From: a virus
Length of the DNA stretch: 64,000 bases
Direction: 5' to 3' (one strand)
IMG/VR virus record: IMGVR_UViG_3300042516_003202
Made by a program: the position numbers and the translations under genes. This document shows positions 6,381 to 15,446 of this stretch, piece after piece; positions within the stretch are counted from its first letter, which is position 1, and each line of letters begins with the position of its first letter. The notes beneath the pieces are model-generated. The model saw nothing but the letters and a program-made list of their open reading frames with translations, was not told the origin of the DNA and made no database searches.

Positions 6381-7622
6381 TTAGTAACCACCGATGATGT
6401 TTCCACCACCTTCAACTACAGTATAACCAGAACCTGCGATTCCTCTTCCACCAGCACCAGCACTTCCTGGTCCTGTAGTATTTCCACCAGATTCTCCCCA
6501 ACGTCCTCCAGATCCTCCTGATGTTCCTGGATTTCCTGCATTGCCCGGAGTTCCTGGATTTCCATTAGATCCTCTGTTTTCAGTACTCCAATTATCACGA
6601 CATCTTTGCCAAGTATTTCCTGCATTACCAGCATTTCCTGGATTTCCTGGATTTCCTACTCCACCTTCAAGTGAAGATCCTGGACCATAATTTGTCCATC
6701 CACGTCCACGTCCACCAGTTCCACCAGTTCCTTTAGTTCCTGCATTTCCCTTGAATCCTTTGGTTCCAGGATCACGACTTTCATTTTGAACTCTTCTACA
6801 TTCCCAATCACGATATTGACCACACCATCCACATCTTCCTTGGCGATTGTGACAATATTCTCTGCGATAACCACTTGGGCATCCACCACAAGGACTACAG
6901 CAACTTCTTCCAGTATTATTGTCTACCTTTCTACATCTTGCTGCGGATCCATCAGTTCCATCAGCTCCGGCAGATCCATCAGTTCCATCAGAACCACCTT
7001 CACCACCACCTCCACCGCCACGTATGAATCCACTACCAACAACAGCAACTTTCAGTGGGCGATTGGTGACAAATCTTGCTCCTGGTCCTCCAGGATTTCC
7101 ACTTCCTCCACCTACTGCTCCACCTTCTCCACCACATCCTCTAACGGTTCCAGAAACTTCAACATACATGTTAGGGGCATCAACATCTGGAGAGAATCCT
7201 AATGCAGCAGTATTAGGGTCTGGATTATTGCATCCAACTTCACCTGTGATGTAAACATTCTTTTTAATGTTTTTAGTCATATTCCCACCCCATGGAATTC
7301 CACCAGGTGCATGGGCTGCTCTTCCGAGTCTAAATCCATATCCAGATGAATCATTATCAGCATCAGTTCCAGACTGCACAGCTTCGTATTCTTTACAAGA
7401 TCCACGAAACTGTGAAGTCTTCCAACCTGATTGAGTAGTTACTATGTTTGAATTTTCATCTGCATCCGGAACAACTGGATTTTCAGTGTAAATGCTGGTA
7501 TTACGAATTAACTGCGATGCCTTAACTGCTCCAGTATCAGTCTCTTTAAAAACTTGTCTTAGTGAACTGAATGGTATTGCTCCAGAATTAAAATGAAAAG
7601 TAGTATTAATTGAAACCGCCAT
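6381..7622 (-). CDS. Glycine-rich putative virion adhesin with Cys-rich insert
   Basis: MAVSINTT start; GGGGGG-type motifs, G-X-X runs, Cys-rich central loop; CTAAATA late-promoter-like box upstream. Confidence 0.7.
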   Translation of the reverse strand: MAVSINTTFHFNSGAIPFSSLRQVFKETDTGAVKASQLIRNTSIYTENPVVPDADENSNIVTTQSGWKTSQFRGSCKEYEAVQSGTDADNDSSGYGFRLGRAAHAPGGIPWGGNMTKNIKKNVYITGEVGCNNPDPNTAALGFSPDVDAPNMYVEVSGTVRGCGGEGGAVGGGSGNPGGPGARFVTNRPLKVAVVGSGFIRGGGGGGEGGSDGTDGSAGADGTDGSAARCRKVDNNTGRSCCSPCGGCPSGYRREYCHNRQGRCGWCGQYRDWECRRVQNESRDPGTKGFKGNAGTKGTGGTGGRGRGWTNYGPGSSLEGGVGNPGNPGNAGNAGNTWQRCRDNWSTENRGSNGNPGTPGNAGNPGTSGGSGGRWGESGGNTTGPGSAGAGGRGIAGSGYTVVEGGGNIIGGY

Positions 7623-7668
7623 TACCTGTTCAAACAAAGGTGAATCTATCTTTGTTTATTTAGAAAGA

Positions 7669-7821
7669 TTAACTAAAATCTGGGACTATTTCCACATTAG
7701 TAAATTGCTGTTCCTTAACATGTTTTTCCCACATAATGGCATCCTCAATATTATAGAAAGTTGCCACTTGTTTGGATACGGATTTCTTTTTGTTTTTGTT
7801 GTAGATAACCTGGTACTTCAT
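7669..7821 (-). CDS. Hypothetical protein
   Basis: Track ORF; likely start MKYQVIY. Confidence 0.65.
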   Translation of the reverse strand: MKYQVIYNKNKKKSVSKQVATFYNIEDAIMWEKHVKEQQFTNVEIVPDFS

Positions 7822-8023
7822 GAGGAGATTCAATAAAGATTTCAATGATTGTTTCATCATTCCAGTGTCGTATGACACCAGCAACGATGAAACAGTTAGT
7901 AATCAGATAAGTTGCAAAGATTACAGTGCGAATAACTGCAACTCTATCTGATTCTTTGTCACATTTGGATGCTTTTTCGCCCAGTGCTTTTGCCCACCAT
8001 CTCCATGGACTTTTAGGTTTCAT
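7751..8023 (-). CDS. Hypothetical membrane protein
   Basis: Track ORF; WRWWAKALGEK..DRVAVIRT..NCFIVAGVIRHW. Confidence 0.7.
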   Translation of the reverse strand: MKPKSPWRWWAKALGEKASKCDKESDRVAVIRTVIFATYLITNCFIVAGVIRHWNDETIIEIFIESPHEVPGYLQQKQKEIRIQTSGNFL

Positions 8024-8255
8024 AGACTGATTTCCTGGATCTGACATATTCTAACTGATTCCATTGATTTTGGTAGCAAAGCACAAGTAATCGTTCGTTT
8101 TCATGTAAGGAACAGGCATAAAGATTTTCTGAATCTTTGGGGCGAACGTTTACCTCAATTGTAATATATTCTTTTCCTTTGAAATAAATCCACCCTTCAA
8201 CGCCTTTGCCGTTGTTCCATATTACATAATCGTTGATCTGTGGTTCGTATTTCAT
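8013..8255 (-). CDS. Hypothetical protein
   Basis: ORF track. Confidence 0.75.
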   Translation of the reverse strand: MKYEPQINDYVIWNNGKGVEGWIYFKGKEYITIEVNVRPKDSENLYACSLHENERLLVLCYQNQWNQLEYVRSRKSVYET

Positions 8256-8258
8256 ACA

Positions 8259-8489
8259 TCAAGTAATAAACACATCAACAATACGGGATTTCTCTTCGCT
8301 TGCCAGAGCAAACTTATGAGCATTCACCACACGCTCCATGATACGATCAGTGTAACGATCATCAAAATCATTACAGTTGGAAAGAATCTCAAATGCTTCT
8401 GTATCAGATTCTGCAATCAAACTAATCGTGCCGCCATATTCCGAAGAAGGAAAAGGAACCCAGTAGGTGACGATGTAAAGATACTTCAT
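8259..8489 (-). CDS. Hypothetical protein
   Basis: ORF track; YWVPFPSSEYGG motif. Confidence 0.75.
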   Translation of the reverse strand: MKYLYIVTYWVPFPSSEYGGTISLIAESDTEAFEILSNCNDFDDRYTDRIMERVVNAHKFALASEEKSRIVDVFIT

Positions 8490-8502
8490 TTGCTGTTTTA
8501 AA

Positions 8503-8673
8503 TTACTCCTTGATTGTAGTCGAATGGTTGAGATTTGTCAATTGGCGTTGTAGTTCACATTTCATAGAAATTAAATGCGAATACAAAAAAGATTGATACT
8601 CATTACCTTCAGTTAAAGCGGTAAGGTTATCAATCTGCATCAATGCCAAGATCAGTTTTGTTTGATCACTCAT
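8503..8673 (-). CDS. Small hypothetical protein (56 aa)
   Basis: Hand translation MSDQTKLILALMQIDNL...ELQRQLTN. Confidence 0.7.
   Translation of the reverse strand: MSDQTKLILALMQIDNLTALTEGNEYQSFLYSHLISMKCELQRQLTNLNHSTTIKE
8513..8541 (-). promoter_or_regulatory. sigma70 promoter
   Basis: TTGACA-17-TACAAT. Confidence 0.65.
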
Positions 8674-8885
8674 CACATGAACTCTGCCATATAGTAGTCA
8701 ACAGTAACCTCAAGTTCTGCTGCTTTTTGTTCAATCTCATCTTCAATAATCATCCTTGATTTCTCTTTACGCATTTCATACTCAAGATATGCTTGCTTGG
8801 CATTGTAATACATTTCTTGTGCTTCTGCGTGCTTGCTGAAATCCATGAATGCCTTGATGAATTGTTTGATGTCGTCTTTGTTCAT
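8673..8885 (-). CDS. Hypothetical protein
   Basis: Track ORF; likely start MNKDD; ends AAELEVTVDYYMAEFM. Confidence 0.7.
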   Translation of the reverse strand: MNKDDIKQFIKAFMDFSKHAEAQEMYYNAKQAYLEYEMRKEKSRMIIEDEIEQKAAELEVTVDYYMAEFM

Positions 8886-9028
8886 TTTTTGTTGTAAGGG
8901 CAGTCGGGATGATGTGTGAAGCGAGCACATGATTCATGTGCTTTGAAAAGTTCTTGATCACGTTTGATCAACATACCATTCCACATCAGAATGGCAATCA
9001 CACCAAGATAGATGTAAGATGTTTTCAT
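8882..9028 (-). CDS. Small membrane protein (48 aa)
   Basis: Hand translation MKTSYIYLGVIAILMWNGMLIKRDQELF... Confidence 0.6.
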   Translation of the reverse strand: MKTSYIYLGVIAILMWNGMLIKRDQELFKAHESCARFTHHPDCPYNKK

Positions 9029-9040
9029 CACTATTATAGG

Positions 9041-9256
9041 TCAGAAGGAGGGCACCACGTCGTAGCGTAGTCCAGTTTCCGATCTGTCCATTCGCTCCCA
9101 GATCGTGTAAAGTTTATTATAAAGTGCTGAAGCACTACCATACTCCCTAGAAAGACGGATTTCATCTGCATTTTCTAGATTTTGAATTGCAGAGAGGATA
9201 ATACCAATCTCATGCACATTTAGATTTACATTCATTTCTTTCATTTTTAGTCCCAA
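9041..9256 (-). CDS. Hypothetical protein
   Basis: ORF track. Confidence 0.7.
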   Translation of the reverse strand: MGLKMKEMNVNLNVHEIGIILSAIQNLENADEIRLSREYGSASALYNKLYTIWERMDRSETGLRYDVVPSF

Positions 9257-9633
9257 CTAACGTTTTGAAGTAGAAAACCAGGCATCACATATGTCCAGGC
9301 ACCAAGTCCATCAGCACCACCAGTACCACCAATTTTATACTCCCATTTGTATTCATATTTGTTATGACTGTCCCAAGTCATATATCCTTTCTCTTGGTCA
9401 AAGCGTCCTTTGATAGTCAACGCATGTTTGTTAGAGTAGATATTGCGTGTGCGAAGGGCACCACTCTTTTCACGTGTTTCAACTACCTTACATACATCAG
9501 GATAGGTTTGATCACCTGCCTCAAGCATACAAGGAGTTTCGTATGTAAAGGGGCGATATGATACTTTTTGTTCTTGTGCAACTGCAGGAGCAGCAGCAAT
9601 CAGAACAGTGACAAGAGCAAGCAGTTTTTTCAT
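9247..9633 (-). CDS. Secreted hypothetical protein
   Basis: Signal-peptide-like MKKLLALVTVLIAAAPAVA. Confidence 0.8.
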   Translation of the reverse strand: MKKLLALVTVLIAAAPAVAQEQKVSYRPFTYETPCMLEAGDQTYPDVCKVVETREKSGALRTRNIYSNKHALTIKGRFDQEKGYMTWDSHNKYEYKWEYKIGGTGGADGLGAWTYVMPGFLLQNVSWD

Positions 9634-9766
9634 GATTTCAAATGTTTGATGAGTTCTGGAAAATTTGCGTGTCCTTTGTATAATATACCACCGATTACCA
9701 GTATGTCAAGTAGAAGGAGCACTACTAACATAATGACAACGTAGAGTGCATCTTTCTCTGATTTAT

Positions 9767-10084
9767 TCATCCGATGACTCTCCAGCAGACAACAGCATTG
9801 CCCTTGCGTGGAGAAGCGATATGAGCGAAAGCACCATAAGAAAGATCCAAGTCAGCATGAGAATATGGACCACGATCATTCACCCTCACAATTACTTGTT
9901 TACCATTGTCTTGGTTTGTAACCCTAATTTTGCTTCCCATACGAAGGTAAGGGTGAGCAGCAGTCCAACGGTAAGCATCAAATCGTTCTCCATTTGCAGT
10001 TATATTACCATGAAAACCATCACCAACACCGTAGAATGTAGCAATTCCACATGTAAGTCCAGCAATCAGTGTTTCAATCATCAT
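9767..10084 (-). CDS. RlpA-like (double-psi beta-barrel) protein, putative lytic transglycosylase
   Basis: ATFYG..TANGERF..TAAHPYL..RVTN..VIVRVNDRGP..DLDLSYGAF. Confidence 0.9.
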   Translation of the reverse strand: MMIETLIAGLTCGIATFYGVGDGFHGNITANGERFDAYRWTAAHPYLRMGSKIRVTNQDNGKQVIVRVNDRGPYSHADLDLSYGAFAHIASPRKGNAVVCWRVIG

Positions 10085-10284
10085 TTCAATTCAATTCGGT
10101 CAAAAAGTAGCATACCTATCTCAAAAAGTAAATCCTCATCCATGTCACCCATAGTGTTGCGAATACCTCCAATAATTGCGGTTTGCAGAACCTCTATAAA
10201 AGATTCGTCCATAGAGACATAATCAATTACCGCTGGTTTGAGTGCGTCAGCAATTTTAGAAACAGATTGAGTGGAGAGATTCAT
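10081..10284 (-). CDS. Hypothetical protein
   Basis: ORF track. Confidence 0.75.
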   Translation of the reverse strand: MNLSTQSVSKIADALKPAVIDYVSMDESFIEVLQTAIIGGIRNTMGDMDEDLLFEIGMLLFDRIELK

Positions 10285-10724
10285 TTGTTTGTTTTTTTGT
10301 AAAGGTCAATTAAATCATTATCAAACCAAAGTCTTTTATCAGATTCACAAATAACGCTTTTCATCTTATTGCGAATCTCTTCCCATTCTTCAAGAGTCGT
10401 ATTTATACTTACATCATTAAGATGTGTAAGAATAAAACCAATAAAAGAATGCTGATTTTCCATAACATCAATCATATCTTGTGAACGCCAATTTTCACGA
10501 CACAAGATATTAATTGCCTTTGGACTTTTGACCTTTTGAATCATTGGATAAATTCCAACTCTTTCAAATACACGATCCTCACGATGTGGATGTTTTTTCA
10601 TATCTTTTTTCCATTCAGCAACTTGTTTTTGTGAAAGTTGAAAAAAATGATACTCACAATCGGAGAGTTCTTCATTAATTAACTCCCATTCAGAAAAATT
10701 CAACCAAACATTACGACGTGACAT
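10281..10724 (-). CDS. Hypothetical protein
   Basis: Track ORF; likely start MSRRNVW. Confidence 0.7.
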   Translation of the reverse strand: MSRRNVWLNFSEWELINEELSDCEYHFFQLSQKQVAEWKKDMKKHPHREDRVFERVGIYPMIQKVKSPKAINILCRENWRSQDMIDVMENQHSFIGFILTHLNDVSINTTLEEWEEIRNKMKSVICESDKRLWFDNDLIDLYKKTNK

Positions 10725-10726
10725 GA

Positions 10727-10885
10727 TCAGTTTTCGGGGTAGAGTTTCCAACCATCAGGGTAAATACCCATTTCTTCGCAACGCACTTCATAGGCAATAC
10801 GTTGCAGGAAACGCAGATCCATCTCCTCAACTGCTTTCACAATAGAGCGGCGGATCTGCTTGTCTTGAATGGTGTCTGTGATCAT
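10727..10885 (-). CDS. Small hypothetical protein (52 aa)
   Basis: Hand translation MITDTIQDKQIRRSI...; first gene after cassette. Confidence 0.7.
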   Translation of the reverse strand: MITDTIQDKQIRRSIVKAVEEMDLRFLQRIAYEVRCEEMGIYPDGWKLYPEN

Positions 10886-10910
10886 CGGGTGTTCCCTTGA
10901 TTACCTTGTA

Positions 10911-10968
10911 ATTATACTGCCTGCAGCAGGCGGTTGGGTAACACCTGTGCCACTTATAGCACTGTCAT
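10911..10968 (-). promoter_or_regulatory. Palindrome/hairpin/sigma70 cassette
   Basis: GTGCCACTT-ATAG-CACTGTCAT at 10947; TATAAT at 30 bp. Confidence 0.8.
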
Positions 10969-11003
10969 ATGATGTGCTATATAAAAAAACAAAGATTTTA
11001 TTC

Positions 11004-11621
11004 ATGGAAATAATAGATCACATAGCAATTTTTAAAAATGCTGTTCCACAAAATATTTGTGAAGATTTCATCAATTTTTTTGAAGATGTTCAAAATTCAA
11101 GAATAGGACGTAAGTTTAAATATCAAGGTAATGAATTTGACGCTGAAGAAGTAGGTGATGACGGAAAAAATCAATTTAAAGAAGGTGTATATGGAAGATC
11201 TGATAAGGCATTATGGATTGATAAATTTGATACGAAACTAACCAACATATGCTACGATTTTTTAGGAAAGGCATTTGAGCAATATGCCGCAGAATATCCC
11301 GACCTTCAAAACACTCCCCTAACAGTTCTTGACGTTAAAATGCAAAGAACTGATCCTGGAGGAGGTTATCACGTTTGGCACTCAGAGAGTTCACATTATA
11401 CTTCATCAAATAGAGTTTTAGTTTGGATGATATATTTGAATGATATTCCAAAGGGAGAGGGAGAAACTGAGTTTTTTACTCAACGACTTAGATTTCATCC
11501 AGAAAGAGGAACCATTCTACTTTGGCCAGCAGGATATACTCATGCACATAGGGGAAATTTCGTAAGAACAACATCAAAATATGTAATAACTGGATGGTTT
11601 ATTATAGTAAATAATGATTAA
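11004..11621 (+). CDS. 2OG-Fe(II) oxygenase
   Basis: GGGYHVWHSE, VWMIYLND, GETEF, LLWPAGYTHAHRG; start MEIID. Confidence 0.9.
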   Translation: MEIIDHIAIFKNAVPQNICEDFINFFEDVQNSRIGRKFKYQGNEFDAEEVGDDGKNQFKEGVYGRSDKALWIDKFDTKLTNICYDFLGKAFEQYAAEYPDLQNTPLTVLDVKMQRTDPGGGYHVWHSESSHYTSSNRVLVWMIYLNDIPKGEGETEFFTQRLRFHPERGTILLWPAGYTHAHRGNFVRTTSKYVITGWFIIVNND

Positions 11622-11623
11622 TT

Positions 11624-12115
11624 TTATAATATATGTCTTGGCAATGTAGAAAAAAATTTTACATTATCTCTCAATTGTATTTTTTCTCTACAATACTGGT
11701 CGTAGAGCGTTTCTTCCTGCTCCCGTGCTTCTACTTCATGTGGTTGATACCAATACTCATACTTCTCCACAGGTTCTTTAGAATAACATAATTTCCCATA
11801 ACGAACCCGCAGTGAACCCACCACCCATTGCCTAAGGTGAGCAAGTTCATGTAAAAGAGTTTTTATATACAACTCCTCATCCATATAAGTATCAAGTTCA
11901 ATTAAGAATTGACGAGGGCGATATTGCTCACCTACTATGTCACAATAACCATTCACACCTTCACGTTTCAATCCACGATGAAGAATTTCAACGTGGATCT
12001 TATGGCGTGGAAAGAATTTGTTTAGAAACCAAGTGGTAACGTCCTCACAGAGGCGCTTGCGATAACCGTATCCAGAATACGTGATGTAAGACATGAACCC
12101 CAGTGCAAAAACCAA
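11624..12115 (-). CDS. HExxH zinc metallopeptidase-like protein (SprT-like)
   Basis: TLLHELAHLRQW and PHEVEA third-ligand motif; true start probably MSYITYSG. Confidence 0.75.
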   Translation of the reverse strand: MVFALGFMSYITYSGYGYRKRLCEDVTTWFLNKFFPRHKIHVEILHRGLKREGVNGYCDIVGEQYRPRQFLIELDTYMDEELYIKTLLHELAHLRQWVVGSLRVRYGKLCYSKEPVEKYEYWYQPHEVEAREQEETLYDQYCREKIQLRDNVKFFSTLPRHIL

Positions 12116-12241
12116 ACAAAAGAACCAAGAAAAATAAGTTTGTCAGTCGTTGTCATCATCAGTGAATTGCATCAGAACATAATTGAAGGCGACTGCACCA
12201 AGCATGGCAACAGACCACCAAAAAAAGATCATTAACATGAT

Positions 12242-12685
12242 TCACTTCGCATAAAGATAACTACCTGCCCAATCAGCATTCTTAAACAACCATTCACGTT
12301 CTTCAATCAAACGCAGATCATAGCGAACACCTTTGGCAGGTGCTTTCCAACTAGCAGATTTGTATACTTCACCAGTTTTTTGATCTACGAAGGCATGAAC
12401 AGAGCGAGAACCATTACTATCAATAAAGACAATTTTGTGGTACTTGCGTCCAGACTCAAGGATGAAATCAACTGGGCATTCGTTGTTCTTGAGTTCATCA
12501 ATCTTACGTTGATGATACTCTTTAGTTTCAAGATCATCAACAAACTTTTGATGTCCACGGATGGCATACTCAACGTAATTGTGCTTGAGTGCCTCACAAA
12601 GAGCATAGGTATGCCTCAGAACAGCGTCAGCGATGCTCTGCCGTGCCTGTTCTTGGGCAGCGTAGTCAGCGAAGGTGGTGCTCAT
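12242..12685 (-). CDS. Conserved T4-like phage hypothetical protein
   Basis: GRKYHKI..SVHAFVD..GEVYKSASWKAPAKGVRY; start MSTT after the promoter. Confidence 0.8.
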   Translation of the reverse strand: MSTTFADYAAQEQARQSIADAVLRHTYALCEALKHNYVEYAIRGHQKFVDDLETKEYHQRKIDELKNNECPVDFILESGRKYHKIVFIDSNGSRSVHAFVDQKTGEVYKSASWKAPAKGVRYDLRLIEEREWLFKNADWAGSYLYAK

Positions 12686-12706
12686 GGGTGTGTTGTGTAT
12701 GTACCT

Positions 12707-12764
12707 ATTATAAAGGCACACAGGTGCTTGTGGAGTGCCTGTGTGCCAGTTGATAAAGTGGTAT
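12707..12764 (-). promoter_or_regulatory. Palindrome/hairpin/sigma70 cassette
   Basis: GTGCCAGTT-GATA-AAGTGGTAT at 12743; stem AGGCAC/GTGCCT; TATAAT at 30 bp. Confidence 0.8.
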
Positions 12765-12772
12765 AAAAATGT

Positions 12773-13012
12773 TTAACCTTCTTCTAAATCGCCAATTTCA
12801 TTTTCAGTTAAAAATGCGGACTTTGAAATTGGATCCCAGATATAAGAATATGTATCTTGTGGATCTTCCTCAATATCCTCACAATACCTTACAGAAAAAT
12901 AATCTAGTTTGTTGGAAACATTCTTTAGATAGAAATCTACAACATCTTGTCCATATTCTTGAATAAGAAATTCCTTTTCAGTCATGGATTTACTTTTGAG
13001 TGTCAACAACAT
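12773..13012 (-). CDS. Acidic hypothetical protein
   Basis: ORF track; single gene between two cassettes. Confidence 0.65.
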   Translation of the reverse strand: MLLTLKSKSMTEKEFLIQEYGQDVVDFYLKNVSNKLDYFSVRYCEDIEEDPQDTYSYIWDPISKSAFLTENEIGDLEEG

Positions 13013-13014
13013 TC

Positions 13015-13072
13015 AGTATAAAGCAAAAATTGATCCTTGAGTGGGCAAGTGTGCCAGTTTGATAAGTGTCTC
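13015..13072 (-). promoter_or_regulatory. Palindrome/sigma70 cassette
   Basis: GTGCCAGTT-TGAT-AAGTGTCTC at 13051; TATACT at 30 bp. Confidence 0.8.
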
Positions 13073-14972
13073 ATTTACCAACTTTTAAGGTGACTGCAGA
13101 TTGAATATCATCCAAGTATGCCTTACCCCTAGCCATTCTTGAACTTGAGAGAAGCAAATACCCTCTACCAGATGCTGCAGAGTGCATACTCATAACTATT
13201 TTCTTTTTAACCAATTCTTTAATATTAGATTGATTTGCAGAGATAAAAAATAAAAATTCAAGATTTAATAAAAGATTTCTAAATTGATCAAAATTTCTAT
13301 CCGATATAACATCACCACCTTTTCTCTGTTTTATCAATTTATACTTATCTTTTATTTTTTTTGTTAAAGTTTTTGGTATTTCCTTTTCTATTAAAAAATC
13401 AGCATATTTGAATAAAAATTTTGTTTTATTTGGTTTAGTTTTTAAAGAGGTAATAATTTTTAAATAATCATCTTTTGTCAAAAGACCAACTTTTCTCATA
13501 ATTTGTTTTGCTACAGAATTTTCATCATCAATTTCGTTCAAAATACTAATACGATTTTTTATTAAATCATTATAAGCTTTATTGAAAGATGTCCGATAAC
13601 TGGGATGATTGGTCATTTCATTAAAAACATTTAAAGTTACTTGCCCCTCACCAGTCTGCGAAGTTGTTTCTGATGGTCCCCCTTGTTTACCAGGTTTTAT
13701 CAGTACTGATCCACTACCAGGCAATAATTCAATAAAGTAATTCAAGTGTTTAATTTTTTTATCTGGTTTTTTTATTTCATATGTAAAATTAAAGTATTGA
13801 GTAGTAAGATTTAATTTATAATCATTGGGTGTTAAGTTTTCTATTGAAATTAACTCATTCAAATATTTTTCAAATACCGCCTTATTTTTTGACAATTGCA
13901 TTAAAAATCTTACTTCACTTAAAAACCAATCATCATCTTCTTTATTTTCGTGCAAATAAACTGAATTATAATTTAATATTGAAAATGGTGTATTACTATC
14001 CTTAACCTGCTTCAAACTAACTGGAAACATTATTTTTGAACGATATAATTGAGTTATTATCTCCAAATAATGTCTTGGATTTAGAAGTTTATTATCCCCC
14101 ATCATTTTTACTTTTTGATTTATTAACGTCTTAATGTTTTTGACTTGATTTTTTTTTACCAAGTAAATGTCCGCAGTCGATAACTTGTTAGATTCACTAA
14201 AAAATCTTTTACCAAGACTTTTTTGGTAATTTTCCATCATAGTAAAACAACGATTTTTATCTTGTTTAGAATTATTTTTTATAAAATCAACAAAATTAGA
14301 AGACTCATGATGATATTCGTATAATTTACCATCGTTGCCACATTTTTCTATAATTTTCTTTGCACTATAGTATGCGGAATATAACCACTCATAATATCCA
14401 TTATTATATTTTTGATCATCATAAATTGCAGACATATAAGATATTTTTTCAGTATTCAAAAATATATCTGTATATACATTAAAATTTTCTAATGTTTGAT
14501 TTGAATTCCACTTTAAAAAATACACATAATCAATAAAATCATAAAAACTGAACTTTTTCGGAATATTTTCACTACAAACAAACATGGTTACAATTTCACC
14601 AAGAATTGATAAAGTATTGTAGACAACCTGAGTTGTTTTTTGATAATTTGACAAATACTTTTTAAGAATATTCTTTATTTCATTTATATTTCCTAAAGTT
14701 GGAAGTTCTTCTTCATCTATTATAGATTTAATATTTTTTGCTAAAAAATCAATAGTAATATTTTCATTTTCTTTTCTTGAGGTTAGATCATGAAGAACTT
14801 TTGATCTGATATATACTCTTTGCCTAATAGAAAAAGAACTTTTAAATAAGTATCCAATATTATCCTCTAAAGTTTTCGACGAGAAAACATTTAAAATAGT
14901 CTTTAATTTTTCATCTGAAATTTTAGCAATATCTTTTTTTGTTATTTTTTCAAACTGACTTGGTACTATCAT
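13071..14972 (-). CDS. Large AT-rich hypothetical protein, possible PD-(D/E)xK-type nuclease
   Basis: 633 aa, very Lys/Asn/Ile-rich; STADIYLVK...FPVSLKQ resembles a PD...SxK nuclease core. Confidence 0.5.
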   Translation of the reverse strand: MIVPSQFEKITKKDIAKISDEKLKTILNVFSSKTLEDNIGYLFKSSFSIRQRVYIRSKVLHDLTSRKENENITIDFLAKNIKSIIDEEELPTLGNINEIKNILKKYLSNYQKTTQVVYNTLSILGEIVTMFVCSENIPKKFSFYDFIDYVYFLKWNSNQTLENFNVYTDIFLNTEKISYMSAIYDDQKYNNGYYEWLYSAYYSAKKIIEKCGNDGKLYEYHHESSNFVDFIKNNSKQDKNRCFTMMENYQKSLGKRFFSESNKLSTADIYLVKKNQVKNIKTLINQKVKMMGDNKLLNPRHYLEIITQLYRSKIMFPVSLKQVKDSNTPFSILNYNSVYLHENKEDDDWFLSEVRFLMQLSKNKAVFEKYLNELISIENLTPNDYKLNLTTQYFNFTYEIKKPDKKIKHLNYFIELLPGSGSVLIKPGKQGGPSETTSQTGEGQVTLNVFNEMTNHPSYRTSFNKAYNDLIKNRISILNEIDDENSVAKQIMRKVGLLTKDDYLKIITSLKTKPNKTKFLFKYADFLIEKEIPKTLTKKIKDKYKLIKQRKGGDVISDRNFDQFRNLLLNLEFLFFISANQSNIKELVKKKIVMSMHSAASGRGYLLLSSSRMARGKAYLDDIQSAVTLKVGK

Positions 14973-14990
14973 GTTTTTCTAAATATTTAG

Positions 14991-15020
14991 AAAAAAAGGG
15001 GAGGTTTTACCCTCCCCTTT
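14991..15020 (-). terminator. Intrinsic terminator
   Basis: GGGGAGG/CCTCCCC stem followed by T7 on the minus strand. Confidence 0.8.
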
Positions 15021-15022
15021 GA

Positions 15023-15427
15023 TTACTTGTTCATTTGTAGAGTTGGAACTGGCATTCCACCTTCAGTAGGAACATAAATCGTCACATTACCATTCTTGCT
15101 GCCATCTTCAAGTCCAGTAATGTAAAGATACTGAAGATACTCACGGTTGTCTTTCAGCGAATTGCCGATAATCTGGTTTGCTTTGGCAACACCAGTAGCA
15201 CGGATAACTTCAGCATCAGCAAGTTGTTGAGCACTATCTTTCTTTGCTTGTGCTTCCAGAACTGCAACCTGTCGGGTGTACTCTGCTTTCTGAAGTTCTG
15301 CCTTACCATCAAGAGATTGTGCCCACACATTATAGAGTGGTCCAACAACAGAACTAATCACAAACAAAGAGACCAGAAATGATGCTCCAATAATCAGAGC
15401 ATTACGCATAGTGTTGTCTTGTTGCAT
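15023..15427 (-). CDS. Membrane protein resembling SPFH/band-7 C-terminal coiled coil
   Basis: N-terminal TM; AEVIRATGVAKANQIIGNSL..YL.YL.I..IYVPTE. Confidence 0.7.
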   Translation of the reverse strand: MQQDNTMRNALIIGASFLVSLFVISSVVGPLYNVWAQSLDGKAELQKAEYTRQVAVLEAQAKKDSAQQLADAEVIRATGVAKANQIIGNSLKDNREYLQYLYITGLEDGSKNGNVTIYVPTEGGMPVPTLQMNK

Positions 15428-15446
15428 AATTTACCTCAAATAAAGT

